Below, piece after piece: positions 21,576-31,007 of a DNA stretch of 64,000 bases. The stretch covers positions 160,001-224,000 of the forward strand of contig OZ251992.1 of assembly GCA_965246885.1 (NCBI GenBank), read 5' to 3'. Made by a program: the position numbers and the translations under genes. The notes beneath the pieces were generated by a model. That model did no database searches and was not told the DNA's origin. It saw nothing but the letters and a program-made list of their open reading frames with translations. Positions within the stretch are counted from its first letter, which is position 1, and each line of letters starts with the position of its first letter. This DNA comes from Abditibacterium sp. Lineage in GTDB: Bacteria > Armatimonadota > Abditibacteriia > Abditibacteriales > Abditibacteriaceae.

Positions 21576-21900
21576 CCGCTTTTTCTTGCGCTCGCGCGCC
21601 GCGACGCAGATTCAAGATGCGGCGTCTTCTCTTTCGGCCAACAACCGCGAGAAAGCCGTCGTCTGGATGGCGGATGTACTGTGGACAATCGAGCAATTGG
21701 CCGAGCAATCTAATTTGGGTGTTTCCTTTCCGATGGAGGAGCCGCGCCTTCATTCGTTGCGCCGCTTTCGGGTGCGCAACCACCGCATTTACTGGGTGTA
21801 TTACCGCCCCTTCGCGTCAGGCAACGGCATTGAAATCTTCGCCGTTTTGCACGAGCGACAAAACGCGGCGGCGCAATTGGAAGCAACCCTCCAACCATAA
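21553..21900 (+). CDS. RelE/ParE family toxin
   Basis: AATQIQDAASSL...LAEQSNLG...LRRFRV..HRIYWVYYR....IEIFAVLHERQN pattern. Confidence 0.75.
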   Translation: MQTTPNNSRFFLRSRAATQIQDAASSLSANNREKAVVWMADVLWTIEQLAEQSNLGVSFPMEEPRLHSLRRFRVRNHRIYWVYYRPFASGNGIEIFAVLHERQNAAAQLEATLQP

Positions 21901-21914
21901 AAGCGGCACCTCGC

Positions 21915-21949
21915 GCGCGCTCAGACTTCCGTTTGAGGGCGTTTTTTTT
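21915..21949 (+). terminator. Probable Rho-independent terminator after the TA pair
   Basis: CGCGCTCAGAC/GTTTGAGGGCG imperfect stem followed by a T run. Confidence 0.55.
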
Positions 21950-21975
21950 CGCCCCGTTGAAAGCACCCGCACCTC

Positions 21976-24900
21976 ATGCCGACCAAAAAAGCCGACGCCG
22001 CGTCCGAAGTTAAGCCCAAAACCCCCCGTAAACCCGCCACTCCCAAGGTAGGCAAAGTTCATCCGCAACCCATCTGTGCTCCTGCCGGGGATGAATGGGC
22101 GCCGCTTAATCCTTCGCCCGACAAATACATCATCGTCAAGGGCGCGCGGCAGCATAACCTCAAGAATATAGACATCGTGTTGCCGCGCCACCAGTTGATT
22201 ACCATCACCGGACTGTCGGGGTCGGGCAAGTCGTCGCTCGCCTTCGACACGATTTACGCGGAAGGACAACGGCGTTATGTAGAATCGCTCTCCGCCTACG
22301 CGCGGCAGTTCTTGGGGCAGATGGACAAGCCCGACGTGGATTTCGTTGAGGGCTTGAGTCCGGCGATTTCCATTGACCAGAAGACCGCGTCGCGCAACCC
22401 GCGCTCGACCGTTGCGACGGTCACGGAAATTTACGACTACCTCCGACTGCTTTTCGCGCGCGTGGGCACGCCGCACTGCCCGCAGTGTGGGCGCGTTGTG
22501 GCGAAGCAGGCGGTTGACCAAATTGTAGAGAAGATATTGGAACTGGGCGAGGGCGTGCGGCTCCACATTCTGGCGCCGCTTGTACGCGGGCGCAAGGGCG
22601 AATACAAGAAGATTTTCGATGACGCGCGCAAGAAAGGCTTCGCGCGCGTGCGGGTGAACGGCCTCATTTATAACCTCGACGAGACGGGCGACCTCAAGCT
22701 AGAACGCTACGAGAAGCAGGACATCGAGATCGTGGTTGACCGCGCCGTCGTGCGCGAATCGGAGCGCAGTCGCATTGCCGAGTCGGTGCAAACCGCGCTC
22801 AAGATGAGCGAGGGCGTGGTGATGGTGGAAATCGTGGCGCGCGACGGAGAAGACACGCCCGCCGAGCCGATTCTCACCTTTTCCGAAGCCTTCGCCTGCC
22901 CGTTCGATGGGCTTTCCTTCGAGGAGTTGGAGCCGCGCACCTTTTCTTTCAACAGTCCCTATGGCGCCTGTCCAGAATGTTCCGGTTTGGGTTCGCACCA
23001 AGAGTTCGACCCGCAGTTAGTCGTCCCCGACGAGCGCGTTTCCATTGACGATGGCGCCATTGCTGCATGGAAGCGCTCCAGTTCCAACTACAAGAAGGAA
23101 ATGATGCGCTCTTTGGCCAAGGAGTTCAAGTTTTCCTTGGAGACCCCTTGGAAGGAATTGTCGGACAAAGCCAAAGACATTGTACTGAACGGCTCCGGTG
23201 GCAAATCGGTGTCTGTTTCCTACGTCAATATGCACGGGCGGCGGCGGGTTTATAACGTCGAGTGGGAAGGCGTGCTTGCCAGTTTGAAAAGGGAATACAC
23301 GGAGTTCGGCGAACAATACAAAGAGGAGCTACATAAATATATGAGCGCGCGGCCCTGCCCGGTCTGTCAGGGCGCCCGCCTCAAACCTTGGCCGCTTATG
23401 ACGACGGTTTCGGGGCGCAACATCGGCGCGGTCACGCAGATGGGCGTGGGCGAAGTCGCCGAGTGGTTTCGGGCGCTGCGCGACCTCGCTGACCGCGCCG
23501 CCGACGTAGGCAGGTCGTCCGCCGGGGCCGGGGAACCGTCGGCAGACGTGGGCGAGCCGTCCGCCGGGGTAGCTCCGTCGTCCGCCGGGGTCTATCAACC
23601 GTCCACCGGGGCGCGCGAGGGGCGCGCGCCAGTTGGTGAACCGATGATAGACATGGGTCTGGCGCCGGAATTGTCCGCGCGTGAAGCGACTATCGCGCGG
23701 CCCATCGTCAAAGAAATCCAAGAGCGGTTGCAGTTCTTGGTGGATGTCGGGTTGGACTACCTGACCTTGGATAGAGGCGCCTCGACGCTTTCGGGCGGCG
23801 AAGCGCAGCGCATCCGCTTGGCGACGCAGATTGGGTCGGGCTTGGTGGGCGTGTTGTATGTGTTGGATGAGCCGAGCATCGGCCTCCATCAGCGCGATAA
23901 CGAGAAGCTGATTGGCACGTTGCGGCGATTGAAGAGCTTGGGCAACACGGTTATCGTTGTGGAACACGACGAGGACACCATGCGCGCGTCGGATCACATC
24001 GTGGACATCGGGCCGCGCGCGGGCGAACACGGCGGGCGCATCGTGGCGCAGGGCACGATCGAGCAAATCATGGCGTGCGAAGCGAGCGCGACGGGCCGCT
24101 TTCTGAGCGGCAAGGAAACCATGCCCATCCGCCAAGCGCGCCGCGAGCCGACTGGCTTCATCGAAGTCAAAAACGCGCGCGAACATAATCTGAAGGGCAT
24201 AGATGTCAAAATCCCGCTCGGCTGTCTGGTCTGTGTCACAGGCGTTTCGGGGTCGGGCAAGTCCACGCTCGTCGAGGACATCCTCTACCCCCGCATGGCC
24301 TACGAACTGTCGAAACAAAGCGTCGTGTGGGGCAAGCACGACGAGATCACCGGCATCGAGCAGATAGACAAAATCATCAACATAGACCAGAGTCCCATCG
24401 GGCGCACACCGCGCTCGAACCCCGCGACCTACACCGGCGCCTTCACGCCGCTCCGCGAACTGTTCACCCAAACGCGCGAAGCGAAACTGCGCGGCTACGG
24501 GCCGGGGCGCTTCAGTTTCAACGTGAAAGGCGGGCGCTGCGAGAACTGCGAGGGCGACGGCATCATCAAAATCGAGATGCACTTCCTGCCCGACGTGTAT
24601 GTGCCGTGCGAGGTGTGCGGCGGCAAACGCTACAACCGCGAAACGCTCGAAGTCAAGTTCAAGGGCCACAGCATCGCAGACATTCTGGACATGACGGTGA
24701 GCGAGGCGCTCGAAACCTTCGACGCCATTCCCGGCCTGCAACGCAAAATGTCCACCATCTGCGACGTGGGTTTGGGCTACATCCGCATGGGCCAGCCCGC
24801 CACCACCCTCAGTGGCGGCGAAGCGCAGCGCGTCAAACTCGCCACCGAACTGTCGCGCCGCAGCACCGGCCACACGCTCTACATTCTCGACGAACCCAGC

Positions 24901-25158
24901 GTCGGCCTCCACATGGCCGACGTAAAAGTCCTCATCGAAGTCCTCCAACGCCTCACCGACCAAGGCAACACCATCCTCGTTATCGAACACAACCTCGACC
25001 TGATTTCCTGCGCCGATTACCTTATTGACTTAGGGCCGGAGGGCGGCAGAGGCGGCGGCCAAGTCATCGCCCAAGGCACCCCCGAAGAAGTGATGAAGAA
25101 CAAACGCTCCTTCACCGGGCAGTTTTTGAAGACGCACTTGGGAAGGGGGAAGAAGTGA
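21976..25158 (+). CDS. uvrA: Excinuclease ABC subunit A, with ~60-aa repetitive insertion
   Basis: [32 protein letters not shown], zinc-finger CxxC pairs, two LSGGEAQR signatures, GVSGSGKS. Confidence 0.98.
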   Translation: MPTKKADAASEVKPKTPRKPATPKVGKVHPQPICAPAGDEWAPLNPSPDKYIIVKGARQHNLKNIDIVLPRHQLITITGLSGSGKSSLAFDTIYAEGQRRYVESLSAYARQFLGQMDKPDVDFVEGLSPAISIDQKTASRNPRSTVATVTEIYDYLRLLFARVGTPHCPQCGRVVAKQAVDQIVEKILELGEGVRLHILAPLVRGRKGEYKKIFDDARKKGFARVRVNGLIYNLDETGDLKLERYEKQDIEIVVDRAVVRESERSRIAESVQTALKMSEGVVMVEIVARDGEDTPAEPILTFSEAFACPFDGLSFEELEPRTFSFNSPYGACPECSGLGSHQEFDPQLVVPDERVSIDDGAIAAWKRSSSNYKKEMMRSLAKEFKFSLETPWKELSDKAKDIVLNGSGGKSVSVSYVNMHGRRRVYNVEWEGVLASLKREYTEFGEQYKEELHKYMSARPCPVCQGARLKPWPLMTTVSGRNIGAVTQMGVGEVAEWFRALRDLADRAADVGRSSAGAGEPSADVGEPSAGVAPSSAGVYQPSTGAREGRAPVGEPMIDMGLAPELSAREATIARPIVKEIQERLQFLVDVGLDYLTLDRGASTLSGGEAQRIRLATQIGSGLVGVLYVLDEPSIGLHQRDNEKLIGTLRRLKSLGNTVIVVEHDEDTMRASDHIVDIGPRAGEHGGRIVAQGTIEQIMACEASATGRFLSGKETMPIRQARREPTGFIEVKNAREHNLKGIDVKIPLGCLVCVTGVSGSGKSTLVEDILYPRMAYELSKQSVVWGKHDEITGIEQIDKIINIDQSPIGRTPRSNPATYTGAFTPLRELFTQTREAKLRGYGPGRFSFNVKGGRCENCEGDGIIKIEMHFLPDVYVPCEVCGGKRYNRETLEVKFKGHSIADILDMTVSEALETFDAIPGLQRKMSTICDVGLGYIRMGQPATTLSGGEAQRVKLATELSRRSTGHTLYILDEPSVGLHMADVKVLIEVLQRLTDQGNTILVIEHNLDLISCADYLIDLGPEGGRGGGQVIAQGTPEEVMKNKRSFTGQFLKTHLGRGKK
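23500..23625 (+). repeat. Six degenerate 21-bp tandem units in frame inside uvrA
   Basis: GCCGACGTAGGCAGGTCGTCC / GCCGGGGCCGGGGAACCGTCG / GCAGACGTGGGCGAGCCGTCC / GCCGGGGTAGCTCCGTCGTCC / GCCGGGGTCTATCAACCGTCC / ACCGGGGCGCGCGAGGGGCGC. Confidence 0.85.
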
Positions 25159-25523
25159 GCCGCCAAACCGACTGGGAAGAGCGCAAACGGGCGCTTTGCA
25201 ACGTGTGGAATCTGCGCCGCAAAATCGCGCAGTTGTTTCCACAAGAGGACGCGGACGAACTCGAAGGGGTTCTGTGGGGAGCGTGGCAATGGGAAAACGC
25301 GCGTTTGGGATTGGCGATATTGCGGCAATGCGACGCGGCCAAACGTGCCGGACACCGGAACTATCTGGACGAGCTTGTTAGAACGGCCCAACGCGATTAC
25401 CGGGATGTTCTGGTCGGAGAATATACGCGCCAGATGCACTTGCGTAAAGATGCAACAGCAGAGCAAGAACAGGGCGCACGCGACGCCGACGCGCGGGAAT
25501 GTATTGACTGGCTGATGTCGTAG
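25155..25523 (+). CDS. Hypothetical protein, translationally coupled to uvrA
   Basis: GTGA overlap with the uvrA stop; 122 aa, helical. Confidence 0.6.
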   Translation: MSRQTDWEERKRALCNVWNLRRKIAQLFPQEDADELEGVLWGAWQWENARLGLAILRQCDAAKRAGHRNYLDELVRTAQRDYRDVLVGEYTRQMHLRKDATAEQEQGARDADARECIDWLMS

Positions 25524-25583
25524 GGACGCTACTTGCTCCGTCCTTCCAACCGGTTGGAAGGACGGAGCAAGTAGCGTCCCTAC
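25520..25583. repeat. 64-bp perfect palindrome of GTAG-family REP type
   Basis: GTAGGGACGCTACTTGCTCCGTCCTTCCAACCGGTTGGAAGGACGGAGCAAGTAGCGTCCCTAC equals its own reverse complement. Confidence 0.92.
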
Positions 25584-26461
25584 GCCGGAAGTTCGCCATC
25601 GTAACGGGCGGGGACAGGCGCGCGGGAGAGGAACGCGGCGCCGAACTTCCACGCGGGTGTCCGGCGCATTCGTTGGAGCAGGTGCGCGCGGATCAGTTGC
25701 CCGTGCGCTTCGCCGAGCGGTGCCAACTCGCCGCGCAGATGCGGCTGTTGGAGACGGGCTTCAACCTCTGCGCGCCGTTCGAGATGCGCTGGCCACAGCA
25801 CTTCGGGCGCGGTGCCCGGCGGCAGGCGTAGGGATGCAATGCGGCGCCGCCGCAGGAGCGGCCAGAACTTGTTCGGCGGGCGGTTGTGCGTAATCAGCAC
25901 CCACAAGTTAGACTCCTCCACGTCGGGCGCGCCCGACGTGGAGGAGTCAGATGGCGAAGCGAGCGGCGCGAAGTTCCGCTCCAAGGCGCGCGCCGCCTCG
26001 AACACCGGGGCACGCTCGCCCCAACAAGACATGACGCTCGATGTGAAGGGCAGCGTCTTGAGCGGCGCGAACTGCTGCGTAATCTCGGCGACGGCCCCCT
26101 CGGTGGGGTGTTCAAAGGAGCGCGAGAAAGCGGCGCCCGTGCCCACGCCCAACGTGCCCGCCGAAGTATCTCCAGCGAAGACGAACCCCAACTCCTCCCA
26201 TGTGCGCGTGAGTTGGGCCAACTGCGCTGTGTCCAAATCAGGGAACTCCTCCGCCCGCGCATTTTGGAGGTAGTGAAGTTGAAAGGCGGAAAGGAAGTTC
26301 TTCTTGATTCCGGCGCTCACTGTGAAGGCAAAGACAACGGGCATTCCGAACAAAAACAAGATTGCCACGCCGTCGCCCGACAGAGCATTTCGGATGAGCC
26401 ACGCGAAATAAGCGAGCAGAAAAACGGCAACGAGGGCGAGGCGCAGTTTGTGTTTGTTCAT
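25580..26461 (-). CDS. Hypothetical membrane-anchored protein
   Basis: Two N-terminal TM helices, LEELGF-like segment; directly downstream of the vWA gene with a GGAG SD. Confidence 0.7.
   Translation of the reverse strand: MNKHKLRLALVAVFLLAYFAWLIRNALSGDGVAILFLFGMPVVFAFTVSAGIKKNFLSAFQLHYLQNARAEEFPDLDTAQLAQLTRTWEELGFVFAGDTSAGTLGVGTGAAFSRSFEHPTEGAVAEITQQFAPLKTLPFTSSVMSCWGERAPVFEAARALERNFAPLASPSDSSTSGAPDVEESNLWVLITHNRPPNKFWPLLRRRRIASLRLPPGTAPEVLWPAHLERRAEVEARLQQPHLRGELAPLGEAHGQLIRAHLLQRMRRTPAWKFGAAFLSRAPVPARYDGELPA
25911..25948. repeat. 38-bp perfect palindrome inside a CDS
   Basis: GACTCCTCCACGTCGGGCGCGCCCGACGTGGAGGAGTC is self-complementary. Confidence 0.85.
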
Positions 26462-26476
26462 GTGCTGGCTCCGTCC

Positions 26477-28363
26477 TCAAACCCCCCGGTGAAAGACCCA
26501 CCACTCGATGCCTAAGATGCACAGGCCGAGGGAGATGAGGTAGCCCCACAGTTCGCGGTTGGTGCGGGCGCGGTTTTCGGCGGCGATTGGTTTTTTGTCG
26601 GCGATTTGGAGGGCGGCGCGGGGGGCGATATCGGACTCGGCTTTGTTGAGGAGCGAGACGGAGAACTTCTGGTTCCAGTCCTTGTCGGAGGCGGTGTAGG
26701 TGCCGACTTTGGCGGCGTCGAAGGTGATGGCGCCGTCGTCGGCGGCTCCGGTGCGGGCGGCGGCGAGTTTGGAGCCGTCGGGGAGTTGGACGGAAACGTC
26801 GCGGGCGGTCGGCGGCGCGAGGAGCGGGATGGCGTCGCCAGTTCTCAAGGGCGCGCCTTCGGATGTGGCGTTCGAGCCGCGCGGGGCGGACAGCCACCGG
26901 ACGGCGTTGGTGACGAAGATGGGGAAAGCGACGCGAAGCGGCAAGTCGGTGTCGCGCAAGTCGAAGCCGCACCACACCACGCGCTGCCCGCCCTTTTCTC
27001 CGGCGACGATGAGCGGGGTCTTTTCGGCTTCGACGATGGGCTGGCCCCAATCCTTGACTTTGACGGCCATGCTTTGCGCGAACTTGATGTCGTTCCAAGG
27101 CGCATAGCGCGCGACGGGGTGGGTGCGGTCGTAGTCGGCAACGGACGGTTCGGGCGCGACGCCGACGACTTCGACGGGGCAAAGCGGCGTGGTGGTGTTG
27201 AAGATGAGTTGGTTAGCGCCGCCCAGTTTCTTCGGCACGCTCCCGTCGCACACGACGACATCGAAGTCGCGCCCGCCCGCGTCGTTGCCCACGAAAACGC
27301 GCGTGTTCGAGTCCACGTTGAGCGCCTTTTCGAGGAAGACGTTGTCCGACGCGAGCCAGACGTTCACGATGCGCGGCGCGTCCAAGCGGGCGTAGGCGAC
27401 GTTGTCGCACGCGAGGTCGTCCTTGAAGCCGTCGCCGCCCAAGCGCGCCGTGAACTCGCCGTCGGTGAACTTGAGGTCGTCGAACAGTTCGGCGTGTGTG
27501 CCGGGGGCCGTCGTGCCGTCGTCGTTCTTCTTGCCGGGGGGAACGGAAATGGGGCGCACTTCGAGGAGGTCGTCGCCGCGCGACAGTTCGAGGTTCAGTG
27601 TGCGCGCCGAGTCGGAATAGTTAGAAACCGTCGCAAAGACCTGCGCGCCGCCACCCGCATAGCCGCGCCGCGCGTCGAGGGCGGTGATGGCGAGGTTGTT
27701 GCTCGACACCCCGACGCGCACGAACTGCAAGCCGACGTTTTGCACGTCCAAATCCTGAACGGCGGGCACGGCGCCATCGGACACGACATAAATCTGCGCG
27801 CCGTTGCCGCCCTTTTGCTTGTCCTTGAGAAGCGAGGCCGCGAGCGTGATGGCGCCGCGCAAATCGCAGCCGGTATCGGCGTTGGTGGCACTTGCGAGTG
27901 CCCGCTTGAGCGCGCCCTTGTCGGAAGAAAGCGGCGCGAGGACGCGGGTTTGCGGGCCAGCCCACAAGATGGTCGCGGAATCGGACGAAGACAGCGCGTT
28001 GATGAGCGTGGTCGCTTGCGCTTTGGCGGCCTCGAAGCGCGAGGGCGCCACGTCGGTCGCGCCCATCGAAGCACTCGCGTCGAGAACAATCGCTACGCTC
28101 TGCCCGCCGCGCGACAGCACCCGCAGCGCGGGCCGTGCGAGCGCAAAGACGGCGAGCGCGAGGAAGCTCAGTTGCAGCCACATCAACAGCGAGGAGCGCA
28201 GCTTCTGCCAAGGCGCGTTCGCTTGCAAGTCGCGGATGGCGCTGTCCCACAAGAGGTTCGACGGCACGACCCGCTCCTTGCGCTTGAGCCGCAGGATATA
28301 CAAGAGGACGATGACGCCCAGCAGTCCGGCGAAGAGGAAATTGAGCGGCGCAATGAAACTCAT
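26477..28363 (-). CDS. BatA-N / vWA domain membrane protein
   Basis: LLYILRLKRKERVVPSNLLW BatA N-term, ALARP, LDASASM MIDAS, VVSDG, C-terminal LGIEWW TM. Confidence 0.88.
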   Translation of the reverse strand: MSFIAPLNFLFAGLLGVIVLLYILRLKRKERVVPSNLLWDSAIRDLQANAPWQKLRSSLLMWLQLSFLALAVFALARPALRVLSRGGQSVAIVLDASASMGATDVAPSRFEAAKAQATTLINALSSSDSATILWAGPQTRVLAPLSSDKGALKRALASATNADTGCDLRGAITLAASLLKDKQKGGNGAQIYVVSDGAVPAVQDLDVQNVGLQFVRVGVSSNNLAITALDARRGYAGGGAQVFATVSNYSDSARTLNLELSRGDDLLEVRPISVPPGKKNDDGTTAPGTHAELFDDLKFTDGEFTARLGGDGFKDDLACDNVAYARLDAPRIVNVWLASDNVFLEKALNVDSNTRVFVGNDAGGRDFDVVVCDGSVPKKLGGANQLIFNTTTPLCPVEVVGVAPEPSVADYDRTHPVARYAPWNDIKFAQSMAVKVKDWGQPIVEAEKTPLIVAGEKGGQRVVWCGFDLRDTDLPLRVAFPIFVTNAVRWLSAPRGSNATSEGAPLRTGDAIPLLAPPTARDVSVQLPDGSKLAAARTGAADDGAITFDAAKVGTYTASDKDWNQKFSVSLLNKAESDIAPRAALQIADKKPIAAENRARTNRELWGYLISLGLCILGIEWWVFHRGV

Positions 28364-28409
28364 CGGGGGGAGTGTAGGAAAGGCCCACCACTTGCCCGTT
28401 ACGCCCCCG

Positions 28410-29264
28410 ATGACTTCCACCACCCGCGCGGCCACGCTCGCCGCCTTCGTCGCCCTGTCTGCCACTGCCGCTTTCGCCTTGCCCAACGCGACGGAGATTA
28501 TCCCGGCCAAGGGCGGGCCAATCAAAATCACGCCGATTTACCATGCGTCGCTGCAAATTGAGTATCGGGGCTGCGTCATTCAGGTTGACCCCTTCAGCGC
28601 GGGCGACTACACGGGCGCGAAGAAAGCGGATGTCATTCTAATCACCCACACGCACCCCGACCACTTCGACTTGAAGGCAATTCGCGGCGTGCTGGGCACG
28701 GGAACGATTGTCGCTCCTAAGGTCGCCGCCGCACCGCTTGCCCAAGCTGGATACAAGGCATACCCACAAACGATTCCCGACAACCCCAAGTTAGTGGATT
28801 ATCAGGTCATGTTGATGGCAAATGGCGACTACAACTACTTTGACTTCCCTGCCAACCCGCAACCGCGTATTAGCATCCGCGTCGAAGCCGTGCCCGCTTA
28901 CAACCTCAAACGCGGCCCGAAGCCCGGCGCGTTCTTCCATCCCAAGGGCCAGTTCAATGGCTATGTTCTCACGCTCGGCGGGAAGCGCATTTACATCGCG
29001 GGGGACACCGAGGCGGTGCCGGAAATGAGGGCGCTTAAGAATATAGATGTCGCGTTCATTCCGATGAATCTGCCTTACACCATGACGCCGCAAGAAGCCG
29101 CCGAGGGCGTGCGCGCGTTCAAGCCGAAGATCGTTTACCCGTATCACTATCGCTTCCCCTTCACCCAGCCCAACGACAACCCGCAGCAGTTCAAAACCGC
29201 CCTCGCGGGGAGCGGAACAGACGTGCGGATTCGCGGCTGGTATGCGCATCCGGCGGGGAACTGA
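28410..29264 (+). CDS. Secreted MBL-fold metallo-hydrolase
   Basis: HASL, VDP, THTHPDHFD, AYN..HPKG, AGDT, PYTM, YPYH. Confidence 0.88.
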   Translation: MTSTTRAATLAAFVALSATAAFALPNATEIIPAKGGPIKITPIYHASLQIEYRGCVIQVDPFSAGDYTGAKKADVILITHTHPDHFDLKAIRGVLGTGTIVAPKVAAAPLAQAGYKAYPQTIPDNPKLVDYQVMLMANGDYNYFDFPANPQPRISIRVEAVPAYNLKRGPKPGAFFHPKGQFNGYVLTLGGKRIYIAGDTEAVPEMRALKNIDVAFIPMNLPYTMTPQEAAEGVRAFKPKIVYPYHYRFPFTQPNDNPQQFKTALAGSGTDVRIRGWYAHPAGN

Positions 29265-29270
29265 TACGAC

Positions 29271-29308
29271 GACAGCGCCGTCCTCCTTAAGGAGGACGGC
29301 GCCTTGTC
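29271..29308. terminator. Hairpin between convergent genes (possible bidirectional terminator)
   Basis: GCGCCGTCCTCCTTAAGGAGGACGGCGC perfect palindrome. Confidence 0.6.
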
Positions 29309-29316
29309 TTTCCCCT

Positions 29317-29715
29317 CTACCGCCGCATTTTCAGTTGGCGGTAGAACAGTTCGATATCGCGCAGGTAGAAGCGGCGCTGACCGCCGGGGGTGCGCAGACA
29401 TCCCAAGCGGCCCGCGTCGGCGTAGCGGCGCACCGTTGCGCGCGAAACGCGGAGCAGAATCGAGGCTTCGTGCAGCGACAGTTGCGGGTTGCGCAGGCGC
29501 TCCAGAAGCTGGTCGCGCGATTCGGGTTTGAGGCGAACGCGCTTTTGCTTAACGGGCGCGCCCGGAACCGGAGTGGCGGGCGCGGCGGCTTTATCGGTTT
29601 TGGGAGCCGTGCCGGAAGCGGCACTTGAACGGGAACCGGCGCGCAGGAGGCTGGCACTGCGCGGGCGGGGATCGGTCAAGGCGCCGGTCGAAGCGACGGT
29701 TTGGCTTTTGTTCAT
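29317..29715 (-). CDS. Excisionase/BldC-like helix-turn-helix DNA-binding protein
   Basis: LSLHEASILLRVSRATVRRYADAGRL...RTPGGQRRF. Confidence 0.8.
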   Translation of the reverse strand: MNKSQTVASTGALTDPRPRSASLLRAGSRSSAASGTAPKTDKAAAPATPVPGAPVKQKRVRLKPESRDQLLERLRNPQLSLHEASILLRVSRATVRRYADAGRLGCLRTPGGQRRFYLRDIELFYRQLKMRR

Positions 29716-29786
29716 AGACCCTCTCTTACGTCTTGCGCGCGCTCCAAAAAGGTTGGGTCGCAGGGACACCCTGTCAATCGAGGGGG

Positions 29787-31001
29787 CTATTCGATAAACA
29801 GGGCGTCGCCCCACGAGAAAAAGCGAAAGCGATTTTCGATGGCTTCTCGATACGCGGCGCGAACAAGCGTTAGCCCCCGTGAATTAGAACCGTTTTCGCC
29901 ATTTAAAAGTTCATAATCTTTCGTCTGTACGCTTCCCGCGTCGGCGAAGGCCGCTACCAGCGCCAAGAGCGTCGAGCGCGGCAAGTGGAAATTCGTCAGG
30001 AGCGCATCCACCACCCGGAAGCGCGCCCCCGGCCTCAGAAACAAGCGCGTTTCGCCCCATCCGCCCTGCACTTGCCCCGTTTCTGATGCGGCGCTTTCCA
30101 GTGTCCGCACTGTCGTCGTACCAATCGCCACTACCCGCCCGCCCCTTTGTCGGTGAGAGTTAATACGCTCGGCGACTTCGGGCGCGATGTGGAAGCGCTC
30201 GGCGTGCATCCGGTGCGCGTCCAGATTCTCCACCTTGATGGGCGCAAACGTGCCCGTCCCGACCGCGAGCGTCACGAACGCCCGTTCAATTCCCGAAGCC
30301 GCCAAGCGCGCTAACAGTTCCGGCGTGAAATGCAGCCCCGCCGTTGGCGCCGCCGCCGAATCGAACGCGCGCCCCTCGATGCGCGCATCGGCGCGCGCAT
30401 AGCTCGTCTGGTAATTTTCGTCGCTCCCCGTCGCATGGATATAAGGCGGCAACGGCACTTCCCCGATGAGCGGCAACAGTTCGCGCGCGTCGCGCTCCGT
30501 TTGAAACTCCAACACCCACGCTTCGCCGTCACGTTCCGTCAGGCGGCCTTCGAGGGCCAAAGCGGCAGTTTGGGGATTGGAAGAGAGCGGAAGCCCCGCC
30601 CCCGTTTCCTCGAACTTGGCGGCAGCGGGGCTTCCGCCCTCTTCCAATCGCGCGTCAACCGGCGCCTCGCCGCCAAACAACACGCTCTCCCCCACCTTCA
30701 ATCGCGCCGAAGGTTTGAGGAGCGCTCGCCACATGTTCGGGCGTTGCTCCTCCAACAGCAAGGCTTCCACACGCCCACCGCTCGCCCTACGCCCGCGCAG
30801 GCGCGCGCGCAACACGCGCGAGTCGTTGAACACAAGGAGGTCGTCGGGGCGCAAAAGCGCCGGGAAGTCGCCCATCGTTGCTTGCCGGGTTTGCCCCGTC
30901 ATACGGTCGAGCACCAATAAGCGAGCGGATTCGCGAGGGTTTGCGGGCGACTGCGCGATCAGTTCCGGGGGCAGGTCGAAGTCGAGGTCGGACAGCAACA
31001 T
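29787..31001 (-). CDS. queA: S-adenosylmethionine:tRNA ribosyltransferase-isomerase
   Basis: DFDLPPELIAQ, VFNDSRV, PLPPYI, YQT, AAPTAGLHFT, GTTTVRTLES, TNFHLPRSTL, FFSWGDA. Confidence 0.96.
   Translation of the reverse strand: MLLSDLDFDLPPELIAQSPANPRESARLLVLDRMTGQTRQATMGDFPALLRPDDLLVFNDSRVLRARLRGRRASGGRVEALLLEEQRPNMWRALLKPSARLKVGESVLFGGEAPVDARLEEGGSPAAAKFEETGAGLPLSSNPQTAALALEGRLTERDGEAWVLEFQTERDARELLPLIGEVPLPPYIHATGSDENYQTSYARADARIEGRAFDSAAAPTAGLHFTPELLARLAASGIERAFVTLAVGTGTFAPIKVENLDAHRMHAERFHIAPEVAERINSHRQRGGRVVAIGTTTVRTLESAASETGQVQGGWGETRLFLRPGARFRVVDALLTNFHLPRSTLLALVAAFADAGSVQTKDYELLNGENGSNSRGLTLVRAAYREAIENRFRFFSWGDALFIE
30575..30649. repeat. 75-bp inverted-repeat element in frame inside queA
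   Basis: Arms GATTGGAAGAGAGCGGAAGCCCCGC (30575-30599) and GCGGGGCTTCCGCCCTCTTCCAATC (30625-30649), 24/25 complementary. Confidence 0.85.
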
Positions 31002-31007
31002 CGCGGG

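Noticed and set aside
21900..21975. LexA/SOS box upstream of uvrA
   Set aside because: No recognisable CTGT-N8-ACAG or GAAC-N4-GTTC palindrome.
23329..24990. Long antisense ORFs (553 aa here; also 26606-28561, 39983-42292, 17635-19200, 60607-61854, 62963-63979)
   Set aside because: Shadow frames of GC-rich genes on the opposite strand, with no protein motifs.
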